Positions 38,975 through 47,538 of a DNA stretch of 47,538 nucleotides are shown here, piece after piece. How positions within the stretch are numbered: position 1 is the first letter of the stretch; every line of letters starts with the position of its first letter. A model generated the notes under the pieces. The model searched no databases and had not been told where the DNA came from. It worked only from the letters and a program-made list of their open reading frames with translations. The position numbers were made by a program, and so were the translations under genes. The DNA is from a virus (Duplodnaviria; Heunggongvirae; Uroviricota; Caudoviricetes), in the IMG/VR virus record IMGVR_UViG_3300012156_000175, one strand, 5' to 3'.

Positions 38975-40351
38975 ATGAAAGAATATGATTTTTTTCAAGA
39001 AAATCAGTCGAAGCTATTTTCAATTTTTGGACGATCAAAAGGAGCATTGCACTTTAACTGTCTGGCATTGATAAACGAACAATGTTTAGATAACAATGGA
39101 TATGTCCTTAAAGATTTAATAATTTCAGAAATTGAAAAGACTTATGAAACTGAAGTAAATGCTCGATTAGAATTATCTCTACTTGCTGATTCTGGTTGGA
39201 TAGAATTGTTCCAAAAACCTCACTTAATTAGTGACTTTATCCGGATTACAAAAAATGGAAGAATCTTGTATGAGGCAATTAAAGATATTCATGGAGAACG
39301 TAAGGATTTTTCATATGGAAAATATGTATCAGATATCTATAGACGGCTAATAACCATTGAAGAATCTTCAAGTGCAATATATCAAGATATAATTGTTTCT
39401 TCTCTAGAAGATACCCTGAGACTAAAAGAATATATGCAAAACTTTGCTAGTTCATTTGAAGATTTCGTTAAGGGACAAAAAGCAAATGTGAAGAAGGCTG
39501 AAGAAGTAATAAACATAATGAAAACAGTGAATGAAGGAAAAGAATTTCGCAATTATAAAGCAATTGTTACTGATGATTTTAACTATTACAGATATAGCCG
39601 CAGCATTTGTAATCAAATTGAAAAGATTAAGGATAATGAAGATATAGTGAATGCGTTAATGCGGTCTTGCTGTTCATACGAAAGTATTTCAGAAGAAGAT
39701 GCTCAGGAAAAAATCTTAAGTGATTTATATGCAATAAAAGTATTTTTCATGGAGGAATACAAGGATCTGGTTGAACAAATGAAGGAGACTGAAAATGAGT
39801 GTTATCAAAAGATTGCCAATATATTAACTCTCTATGCTAGTGATGGGACCGCCGATAAAAGTATTTGTGATTTGATGATACAGATAGTTCATGATGCCCA
39901 AGAAAATGACAACACAATTCCTAATGAGCTTTTTGAATGTTTTAGGATTTATGATAATTCTGTTTTTGCCCTTCATTCATTAAAAGGAAAAAGAAAGAAA
40001 GTTGAATATAAAAAAGAAACTATCTCGGAAATAAAACCTCTGTCTATATCAGATAAGTTGAAAATCCTTGTGGAAGCAAATGAAAAAATCAAGTTAAAAA
40101 CTTCAACATCTGAGTTAGAAGAATTTATTAAACCTTATATTAAGGAAAACGATACAGTATCATCTAAGGACTTTGAAATAACATCAGAAAAAGATTATTC
40201 TAAAATATTTATGTTGTTAATAAATTGTGCTAATCCAGGATTTGGATATTCATTAAAAACCATAACTTCAGAAATTATTGAAAAAGGTGAATTTACAATC
40301 CCATATTTTGAAATTGAAAGAAAGGAACCCGATGAAGATAGAACAGTGTAA
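38975..40351 (+). CDS. jetA: Wadjet JetA / MksB-like kleisin subunit (DUF5716/DUF3375-like)
   Basis: N-terminal winged helix (L..L..SGWIE), helical body, C-terminal FTIPYFEIERK; first of three overlapping genes ending in an SMC ATPase. Confidence 0.65.
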   Translation: MKEYDFFQENQSKLFSIFGRSKGALHFNCLALINEQCLDNNGYVLKDLIISEIEKTYETEVNARLELSLLADSGWIELFQKPHLISDFIRITKNGRILYEAIKDIHGERKDFSYGKYVSDIYRRLITIEESSSAIYQDIIVSSLEDTLRLKEYMQNFASSFEDFVKGQKANVKKAEEVINIMKTVNEGKEFRNYKAIVTDDFNYYRYSRSICNQIEKIKDNEDIVNALMRSCCSYESISEEDAQEKILSDLYAIKVFFMEEYKDLVEQMKETENECYQKIANILTLYASDGTADKSICDLMIQIVHDAQENDNTIPNELFECFRIYDNSVFALHSLKGKRKKVEYKKETISEIKPLSISDKLKILVEANEKIKLKTSTSELEEFIKPYIKENDTVSSKDFEITSEKDYSKIFMLLINCANPGFGYSLKTITSEIIEKGEFTIPYFEIERKEPDEDRTV

Positions 40352-40979
40352 GAATAAGACGGAGATAAAGGATGCGATTAAATCCCTCCTTAAAAAGTCT
40401 TTTTTGATGAAAGCAAAAGATAATAACTTGGATGATTACATGGTTATCCAAGATAATTTTCAGGTAGTAAATGAATATTTGTCTTTTTTGGATTATGAAG
40501 CTGAGATTAACCGGGACATGGAAGTTATCTCATTAGATTATATTGGAAATGAAGGCAATCTGCCACCAATATATAAGATAACTATGAATGAGATGAAAAT
40601 CTTTGCCTGCTTATTGACAATATTTACAAAAAAGACACAAGAAGATTTAGTAAGTCCAGATTCTGTTAAGGCAAATGTTAAAGAACTAAAAGTAGAGTTG
40701 ACCAGCAAAGATCTGCTGTTGATTCCAAATAGTAAAATAACAACCTTTCAAAATGCATTAACTACTTTAGCTCGATATAATTTGATTGAACTCATTGATA
40801 AGGAAATAAAGGATGAATATTCAGAGTTTCGTATCTTGCCATCAGTTATGTTTGCTAAAGATGACAGCAGGGTACACCAAATGCTTAGCCCGGAGTCAAA
40901 TGAATCAGAAGAAGACGAGCCCGAGATAAGTTTAGAAGACGCAGAAACTAGTGAGGAGGAAACCTTGTGGGAAAAGTAA
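40332..40979 (+). CDS. jetB: Wadjet JetB / MksE-like KITE subunit (DUF4194-like)
   Basis: YLSFLDYE..INRD..VISL; L..LARYNLIE...ILPSVMF; AAGGA RBS before ATG 40332. Confidence 0.7.
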   Translation: MKIEQCKNKTEIKDAIKSLLKKSFLMKAKDNNLDDYMVIQDNFQVVNEYLSFLDYEAEINRDMEVISLDYIGNEGNLPPIYKITMNEMKIFACLLTIFTKKTQEDLVSPDSVKANVKELKVELTSKDLLLIPNSKITTFQNALTTLARYNLIELIDKEIKDEYSEFRILPSVMFAKDDSRVHQMLSPESNESEEDEPEISLEDAETSEEETLWEK

Positions 40980-43900
40980 TTTTAGAAAAGATTGTCTTGA
41001 AAAATTGGCATGCATTTGAAGATAACGAATTCAATATCTCTGAGTTATCAACCTTGATAACAGGAATGAACGCCAGCGGAAAAACAACTTTGTTAGATGC
41101 TCTGTCCGTTATCTTAGATGGAGCCAATTCTAACGACTTCAATGTTGCAGTGAAAGACGAAGGTGAAAGAAGAACCATTAGTGGAGCACTACATTATGTG
41201 ATGTCTGGAGAACCAACTCGTACAGGGAGGGTTACTGGTCTTATTTTGGCTCAATTTCATGATCAAAGTTACAATATTCGGTTTTTAAATGGTGTGTTTC
41301 TTATATCAAAGTCTTATTCTTCAGATTCATCTGTTGATCAGAGGTACTTTAGTGTCATTAATGCTTCTGTCGATGACCCTGACTTTGCAATTGACTTTGA
41401 AAAATGTAAAATTCCTGGACAAATAAGTTATCCAAATAAGAAGACTGCATTTGAGAACTTCTTCCAGCTAAGAAAAATGCAGCAGATTAAGCCTGATATG
41501 TATAAAGGCTTAGTAAATAGCGTACTAAGAGCAAAGCTTGATTGTACGCCGGCAGATTTTGTAAGAAAGAATATCCTGCCTGAAGATGATAAGGTTTCGA
41601 GTATTGAAACTATCAAAAGCAATTATAAACTGTTAGATGACAGAGAAAAACTCTATACCGAATTGTCTGAAGAAGCAGAATCCTTAAAGAAGATCCGAGA
41701 CGTTTGGTATCAGCTGAAAAACGGTGAAAACGAATATGCTATTTTATCCTTTCTGAAACAGAAACTGGCCGAAAATCAGTTGACGAATCTAAAAATAGAA
41801 AAAGAGTCATTGTCAAAAACAATTGCCGAGAACAAAGTACAGAAAACAAAACTGGAAGAAGACTTATCAAATCTAAATGTTAAGTATGGTGAGAGCAAAT
41901 CCTCTAATATTGTATTAGAGAAAAAGAAAGAATTAACAGTTCTAAACCGTGAATTATTAACATTAAAGACAGAAGCAGAGCGGATGGACAAATTGGTTAA
42001 TACCTTTAATATACTGGCTCGTGAAGTGCGTTTAAAAAAGAAATTTACTAATGAGAGTTCTGAAGCCGATATCAATGAGTTGCTTTCCGCTGTGGAAACA
42101 GAAATAGACGGTCAGGATGAACAAATTCTTGAGTTAAGAGCGCAAAACCAAAAGATTAAACAAGAAATTAAAGAATCACAAGAGGCTTTATCAAATTTAA
42201 GAAAAGGAAAATTAAGTGTTTCGACTGGTTCTACTTTTGGAAGTCGGATAAGTGCAGCAAAAGAACTTGCTGAAGCTATTAATGAAACATTTAAGAAAAA
42301 AGGAATCGATGATACAGCCGCTCCATTATTTGAGCTTATTGATTCAGTAAAAGACACATCTTGGCAACCAGCAATAGAAACACTGTTGGGAACAAGACGT
42401 ATTGGTATTGTAGTAAATCCGGAAAATGAACAAGAAGCAATGATAATTCAAAATAGCTTACCACTAAAAGCTGATACGGATATTATTTTAAGCTCAAAAT
42501 TAAAGCCAGTGAAAGCATTAACATCATCTGTTGCAGCACAGATAACCACAAGCTCTGAAACGACAAGATTCATCTTGGATTCCTACTATGGAAGCTATGT
42601 CCTTTGTGATAATCTTGAAGAGTACAACAGTAATGACTATGCTTTAATGAAAACAGGAATGTTTAAAAATAAATCAAACAGTCATAAAACATCAAAACTT
42701 ATTAATATGGAAACGCAGTTAATTGGGAAAAATACTGTAAAAGAGAGTATTGCTGAAACGGAAGCAAGATTAAGTACATTGACAAAACAGGAACATATGA
42801 TAATAAGTGAATTAAATCAGTTGACTGTGCGAAAAAGAAAGTTAAATAACTCAATGTCAGAGGCAAAGTCACTACTGCCAATTAATACTGAAATCGTTAA
42901 TGAGTATAATGCAAAGCTGAAGTTGGTTAGAGTAACAAAAGAAGAAATTGAATCTTTATTAAAATCAACCACAAATCACCTATCTGAAAAGCTACAGACA
43001 GAAATTAAAGAACTAAAAGCCCAAATTGATAGCCTTGGTAAAATGAGTGAAACGTTGATTTTCAAAGAGATCGAATACAATAAAAGCATCCTCTATTTGG
43101 AGAAGCTAATGGAAGATATTAAAAAACAGATCACAATTACATCTGATACTAAAGTTTCAGATGAGCAGATTGATGCTTATTTTAAATGTATGAAGCCGGA
43201 TGATCATGACATTGTCGAAATTTCAAAAAAACAAAGTTCAATTTTGAATAAAAGTAAGTTAGCTGTTACAAAGCTTAAATCGCATCAAACAGACTATAAC
43301 ACCAGGTTCAATAAGGGCTTCAGTGTAGGGTTAGAAATGGAGACTTATCAAGCATATGCTAAACGCTTAGCTTATCTGGAAGGAAAGGCTTTCATTGAAA
43401 TAAAGAGTGAGATTAAAAAGCTTAAGGAATCCTTCGTTAAAAGCAAAGCGGGAGTGTTCAAAGGTATTGCTGAGAGCTTTAAGTTTGCTATAGATGAAGT
43501 CGAAAGAATCAATTCTATTTTGGAAATGTACGAAATTAGTGGCAATAAGTTCAAGATTCATATTGGTCCATTGGCTCGTAAACGAGATTTGTACCGGGCA
43601 ATAAATATATTTTCGGAAGAAGAGATGGTACCAGAATATATAGTAGAAAGATTGGATGATTGTTTTGAAAAAATGATAAGCTCCAATACTACTGTGTTCA
43701 GTGAATATGCTGATTACCGGAATTATTTAGATTGTGATGTAATGATTCAAAACGGAAAGTCAAAATCATGGAAATCATTTTCTAAAGAAAAGGGTAACTT
43801 TTCAGGAGGTCAAAAGGAAACACCATACTATATGTGTTTAGCAGCAGCATTATCGTGCAAAGCATATAAAAGAGGAGGTATTAGACTAATTGTTTTGGAT

Positions 43901-44131
43901 GAAGCATTTAAGAACATGGATCAGGTCAATAAAGTAAAAGCATTGTCCATGTTTAAACAGCTAAACTTACAGACGTTATTATTTACAAGCAATTCTGATT
44001 TAGCTGATTGCACGGATCATATCTATGTAATCACAAAATACAATAATCGTATTATAACGGCATTTGGTAAGAATGGTTCTGCCCTTAAAGTTATTGATAA
44101 AAGAATCAATAGTGAAAGTACAACAAAATAA
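40967..44131 (+). CDS. jetC: Wadjet JetC / MksF SMC-family ATPase
   Basis: Walker A TGMNASGKTT, long coiled coils around a central hinge, FSGGQ signature, Walker B LIVLDEAF. Confidence 0.85.
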   Translation: MGKVILEKIVLKNWHAFEDNEFNISELSTLITGMNASGKTTLLDALSVILDGANSNDFNVAVKDEGERRTISGALHYVMSGEPTRTGRVTGLILAQFHDQSYNIRFLNGVFLISKSYSSDSSVDQRYFSVINASVDDPDFAIDFEKCKIPGQISYPNKKTAFENFFQLRKMQQIKPDMYKGLVNSVLRAKLDCTPADFVRKNILPEDDKVSSIETIKSNYKLLDDREKLYTELSEEAESLKKIRDVWYQLKNGENEYAILSFLKQKLAENQLTNLKIEKESLSKTIAENKVQKTKLEEDLSNLNVKYGESKSSNIVLEKKKELTVLNRELLTLKTEAERMDKLVNTFNILAREVRLKKKFTNESSEADINELLSAVETEIDGQDEQILELRAQNQKIKQEIKESQEALSNLRKGKLSVSTGSTFGSRISAAKELAEAINETFKKKGIDDTAAPLFELIDSVKDTSWQPAIETLLGTRRIGIVVNPENEQEAMIIQNSLPLKADTDIILSSKLKPVKALTSSVAAQITTSSETTRFILDSYYGSYVLCDNLEEYNSNDYALMKTGMFKNKSNSHKTSKLINMETQLIGKNTVKESIAETEARLSTLTKQEHMIISELNQLTVRKRKLNNSMSEAKSLLPINTEIVNEYNAKLKLVRVTKEEIESLLKSTTNHLSEKLQTEIKELKAQIDSLGKMSETLIFKEIEYNKSILYLEKLMEDIKKQITITSDTKVSDEQIDAYFKCMKPDDHDIVEISKKQSSILNKSKLAVTKLKSHQTDYNTRFNKGFSVGLEMETYQAYAKRLAYLEGKAFIEIKSEIKKLKESFVKSKAGVFKGIAESFKFAIDEVERINSILEMYEISGNKFKIHIGPLARKRDLYRAINIFSEEEMVPEYIVERLDDCFEKMISSNTTVFSEYADYRNYLDCDVMIQNGKSKSWKSFSKEKGNFSGGQKETPYYMCLAAALSCKAYKRGGIRLIVLDEAFKNMDQVNKVKALSMFKQLNLQTLLFTSNSDLADCTDHIYVITKYNNRIITAFGKNGSALKVIDKRINSESTTK

Positions 44132-44154
44132 AAAAGAAGCTTGAGCTTCTTTTT

Positions 44155-44562
44155 TTATTTTTGTGGTCCAATATATTGAGCATCTGAGAATGCTAAGATC
44201 ATAAGCATAATGGGTTGAAAGAAGATAGTTAATATTCCAAATCCAACACCTTTACCATAGGCCTTTGCTATATTTAGACATAACATAACAGAAAAAACAA
44301 GATTAATACAAGGAACCAAATAAAGTAAGAACAGTATTCCGTTGCCCATAGCGATATCACATAAGCAATAAGAATTGTAGAAAGGAATCAGGGATTTCCA
44401 ACCATCCACTCCAGCTTTTTCAAAAAGTTTCCACTGAGCTATGATACTTAAAACAGTAATAGCTAATAAGATTAATATGTAAACTGTAAAAAAACTTCCT
44501 AACAAACCGCTAGCAACAACGCTTTCCATTGCAACTGTGTCATAAGAATAAGTGTAATCCAT
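44155..44562 (-). CDS. DUF5684 family membrane protein
   Basis: WKLFEKAGVDGWKSLIPFYN...AKAYGKG.GFG...LAFS.AQY.GP; GGAGG RBS. Confidence 0.85.
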   Translation of the reverse strand: MDYTYSYDTVAMESVVASGLLGSFFTVYILILLAITVLSIIAQWKLFEKAGVDGWKSLIPFYNSYCLCDIAMGNGILFLLYLVPCINLVFSVMLCLNIAKAYGKGVGFGILTIFFQPIMLMILAFSDAQYIGPQK

Positions 44563-44796
44563 AAAAAACCTCCGTTAATTATTTTGAATATAGTATGAAA
44601 TAACTGAAATAAAAAAACATCATTATATCTAATTATTAGAACATCTCTTTTAAAATATGTTCTAAATGATAGATAAAATCGACCGGCTCATTCCACATCA
44701 AGGGCAAGAAACTCCAAAGTATGAGAGTTTTTGAAAATTGAAGTCATGTAATAAAATACATACTATTATCAATAATAATGAAAAGGAGAGATAGTT

Positions 44797-45954
44797 TTGT
44801 ATTGTTCAGAAGAAGATATTAATGAAATTCGTGAAAAAATCAATATCAGAGAATATATTAGTAGAAAAGTAAAGCTAAAAAAAATAAACGATTATATTTA
44901 TATTGGATCTTGTCCATTTCATAAATCATCAATACAATCATTTATCGTTGATGAGAAGCAACAAACATATGGATGTCATGAATGCGGACGTTCTGGTGAT
45001 GTATTTGACTTTGTTATGAATTGTTTCAAAAAATCATTTTCAGATGCAGTGTGTATGTTAGCACTGCAAAATGATATTTCATTAAACAGAGATGTTGCTG
45101 CAGAAGCGTATTATAAAGAACAAAGTGCCATTATTGAGATAAATAAAATGGCAAAGATTTTTTATCAGCAATCTTTATTGGAAAATCAGTCAGCTCTTAT
45201 TTATTTAGCAACAAGAGGAATAGCTGAAGACACAATAGAAAAATTCCAATTAGGTTATTCAAATCCTAAAATCCATTTATATGACATACTCAAAGAGCAG
45301 GGATTTAATGAATTAGATATCAAAGCAAGTGGACTGGTTTCAGATGAAGATAAAAGCACAACTAGATATGATAAGTTCTATGGAAGAGTTATTTTTCCAA
45401 TCATTAATGAAAATGATGTTGTTATTGGATTTGGCGGTAGAATTATGACAGATAAAAAGCCTAAGTATATAAATTCTAAAGAAACAATTGTGTATGATAA
45501 GTCTTGTAATCTATATGGACTAAATATAGCCAAAAACTCCAAGCTTGATTATTTTACATTGTGTGAAGGCTACATGGATGTAATTGCTATGCACCAGGCC
45601 GGTTTCGATAATGCAATTGCTAGTCTTGGGACAGCGTTGACACCAATGCAGGCTTTGAAAATAAGCAAATATAAGAAAAGGGTTATTTTAGCCTACGATT
45701 CGGATGAAGCTGGAATCAATGCTATTAAAAGAGCCGTTCCTATTTTAGAAAAAAATAAAATTAGTTGTAAAGTGTTGAATATGACACCATATAAAGATCC
45801 GGATGAATTTATCAAAGCTAATGGCAAGGAGAAATTCCAATTCAGAATTGAAAATGCTATCCCAGTAAAAACATGGCTTGTGAAAAACCTTATAGCTGAT
45901 AGTAGCTCTTATGAAACGAAGTTATATAAGATTGCAAAATATATTGAAAATTAA
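44797..45954 (+). CDS. dnaG: DNA primase (CHC2 zinc finger + Toprim), short C-terminus
   Basis: CPFH...CHEC, FYGRVIFPI, GFGGR, KYINS.E, EGYMDVI, AYDSDEAG, KDPDE; TTG start with AAGGAG RBS. Confidence 0.93.
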   Translation: MYCSEEDINEIREKINIREYISRKVKLKKINDYIYIGSCPFHKSSIQSFIVDEKQQTYGCHECGRSGDVFDFVMNCFKKSFSDAVCMLALQNDISLNRDVAAEAYYKEQSAIIEINKMAKIFYQQSLLENQSALIYLATRGIAEDTIEKFQLGYSNPKIHLYDILKEQGFNELDIKASGLVSDEDKSTTRYDKFYGRVIFPIINENDVVIGFGGRIMTDKKPKYINSKETIVYDKSCNLYGLNIAKNSKLDYFTLCEGYMDVIAMHQAGFDNAIASLGTALTPMQALKISKYKKRVILAYDSDEAGINAIKRAVPILEKNKISCKVLNMTPYKDPDEFIKANGKEKFQFRIENAIPVKTWLVKNLIADSSSYETKLYKIAKYIEN

Positions 45955-46059
45955 AGAAAAGCCATAATGGCTTTTTTTATTTATATCCTTAATTTTTTTA
46001 ACATTATGTAATATGAATTTAAAGATGAAAGGAGAATATCATAAGATATTTAAATATAT

Positions 46060-46695
46060 ATGGACAGAGAATATTACCATAAAGAATATGGAAGGAATTT
46101 ATTACTTAATGCAATTCTAAAAAACAAAGAAACCAAAGAGCTGTTTTATAGAAAATTAAAAACGTCAAATATGTCAAACCCACAAGTTGATATGTTGCAG
46201 GTTATGTCAGCCCTGGAGAAAGAATGGAAAAAGAGAGGAATTATTTTAGGTCATCCGATTACAAATCACAAACCATTTCCTGACCGAAAATTTCAAACAG
46301 ATGCTATATTTAACAATTATAATGTAGGATTTGAACTTGATGGAACAGACCATAATAAAGAAAAAGATAAAGAAAAAAATCGTTATTTCCAGCAACATGG
46401 TTGGACACTTATACGATTCAGGTCAAAATCCTTACCAGAATTGGACAATTCCTGGAATATGGAAATTGCTGACAACAGTGTAAGAGTTAAAGATAAGAAA
46501 CAAATGATGATGTATATCAATACCGCTTTAAATTTGGATTATATTGATTACAAGAAAGTATTAGAGAATGTGCCTAAGAACAGAAAAGACTTTTTGATTG
46601 CATATAACATTGAAAATAATGATGAATTTGTAGATGAAATTCTTGATACACTAAACAGCTGTAGTGATACAAAAAAGGAACTACAATTCACTTGA
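46060..46695 (+). CDS. DUF559/Vsr-like endonuclease domain protein
   Basis: FQTD...GFELDGTDH...D..K..YF...GWTLIRF. Confidence 0.7.
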   Translation: MDREYYHKEYGRNLLLNAILKNKETKELFYRKLKTSNMSNPQVDMLQVMSALEKEWKKRGIILGHPITNHKPFPDRKFQTDAIFNNYNVGFELDGTDHNKEKDKEKNRYFQQHGWTLIRFRSKSLPELDNSWNMEIADNSVRVKDKKQMMMYINTALNLDYIDYKKVLENVPKNRKDFLIAYNIENNDEFVDEILDTLNSCSDTKKELQFT

Positions 46696-46737
46696 AATAT
46701 ATAGAATAAAAAGAAGAACATCGTTCTTCTTTTTTTA

Positions 46738-47004
46738 TTATGGGTCATGACCCAGTTGAGCTCGCGAAGCGTGCGAAACAAAAATTACCCGCTATGCGGG
46801 TGCACGGTGATAGTTATACAATTATGTTGAATTGGATAGATATTTCGAAATGTGCAGATAAGTGTATTAATAGCGTTTTGCTATCAAAAATTCAGCAAGA
46901 TGTAAACGTATCTATTCACCATAAATGTAATGGTTGCAATCACAGCTAGTAACAAAGGCTTACAGACGCAGAGCAAACTACCCACTAGACGGGTGGTGCT
47001 GATT
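46738..47004 (+). mobile_element. Non-autonomous IS200/IS605-family remnant (both ends, no transposase)
   Basis: Left hairpins GGGTC-AT-GACCC and ACCCGC-TAT-GCGGGT with GTTGAGCTCGCGAAGCG between them; right end GTAACAAAGGCTTA...GAGCAAACTACCCACTAGACGGGTGGTGCTGATT. These resemble clostridial IS200 ends as I recall them; preceded by TTAT. Confidence 0.55.
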
Positions 47005-47072
47005 TTTGTTTCATTTTTTTAATTACCATACTTACTGTGAATATAATTTAAAGACAAATGGAGGATTTGAAA

Positions 47073-47538
47073 ATGGCAACAACTATTTTGAAGGAAAATC
47101 AAAAAAACATAAAAACAAATGCTGCTAAGATAAAAGTAAGAGTTTACGATGATATTGAGAATGTTACCAAAGAAACACAAAAAATGCTTTGCTTATTAAA
47201 CTTTGATTCCAAGTACTTTAATGTTGAAACCCTGGTTTTTAAGACAGCTGATTACGGCTTCTTTAAATTTATGAAAGGCAACAGAAATATTTGTCGGAAT
47301 CGAGTTAATAAAATAAAGGCCAGCATCAGTAAATATGGATATGTTCGTAATCCAATCTTGATTAATCATAAATATGAGATTGTGGATGGACAGCACCGAT
47401 TCATGGCATTATGTGAACTTGGTTATCCAATCTATTTTGTGCTTGTTAACAATGATGGTTGTCAATTGGCTTATGAAATGAATCAGAGTCAAACAGGATG
47501 GAATACTCCGGACTTTCTTGAATCGTTTGCTGGCTTGG
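47073..47538 (+). CDS. ParB/Srx N-terminal domain protein, runs off the right edge (not in the ORF track)
   Basis: GGAGG RBS; open to the end; GNRNI...V.KI..SI...G...PILIN..YEIVDGQHRF.A...LG. Confidence 0.8.
   Translation, partial: MATTILKENQKNIKTNAAKIKVRVYDDIENVTKETQKMLCLLNFDSKYFNVETLVFKTADYGFFKFMKGNRNICRNRVNKIKASISKYGYVRNPILINHKYEIVDGQHRFMALCELGYPIYFVLVNNDGCQLAYEMNQSQTGWNTPDFLESFAGL

Noticed and set aside
44797-45954. Toprim gene as the missing JetD
   Set aside because: It has a CHC2 zinc finger and all DnaG motifs and is a separate transcription unit
46740-46949. 69-aa ORF
   Set aside because: It runs through the hairpins of the IS-like remnant and has no RBS
4697-47396. Short ORFs antisense to or nested within long genes (e.g. 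4697-4954, 5003-5221, 10928-11164, 11779-12078, 22530-22786, 26420-26671, 35192-35428, 41428-43561, 47196-47396)
   Set aside because: Shadow frames without an RBS, overlapping better-supported genes
1-47538. Stop-codon reassignment (genetic code 4 or 15) as in some large phages
   Set aside because: Long conserved genes (1054, 723 and 458 aa) are intact in code 11 and TAA, TAG and TGA all end RBS-led genes; the in-frame stops are sporadic and confined to decayed ORFs
1-47538. CRISPR array, tRNA or rRNA genes, virion structural genes
   Set aside because: No regularly spaced repeats, no cloverleaf with a T-loop, and no recognisable capsid, tail or terminase motifs were seen by eye

Overview
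AT-rich (roughly 30% GC by eye), almost entirely plus-strand segment of a large mobile element from a Clostridia-like host (jumbo phage, phage-plasmid or megaplasmid). No capsid, tail, terminase, integrase, tRNA or CRISPR array was found in the window. The left two-thirds are a dense array of short phage-type hypothetical genes with several pseudogenes and one inverted island. Recognisable genes: DUF1848, DUF5052, YopX, a PD-(D/E)XK nuclease, a Pol-beta nucleotidyltransferase, DUF5688, NAD synthetase, GNAT, DUF6927, and a Pnk/phosphatase/RNA-ligase fusion. It also carries a complete agrACBD quorum-sensing locus with a divergent XRE regulator, a Wadjet/MksBEF-like JetABC trio with no adjacent JetD, DnaG primase, a DUF559-like nuclease, a non-autonomous IS200-like remnant and a ParB-like gene running off the end. 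Best candidates for undescribed biology: (i) a coiled-coil DIP1984/DUF6847-like gene followed by a ~400-nt putative RNA closed by a 27-bp stem; (ii) a stand-alone pseudoknotted ncRNA at ~37.3-37.6 kb; (iii) a window-wide TTTAT-N17-CATA(C/T)TA promoter set resembling sporulation sigma-G recognition; (iv) the element-borne four-gene agr system; (v) JetD-less Wadjet; (vi) NadE next to a mini ADP-ribosyltransferase-like gene. All family names come from motif recognition by eye; no database search or folding program was run.
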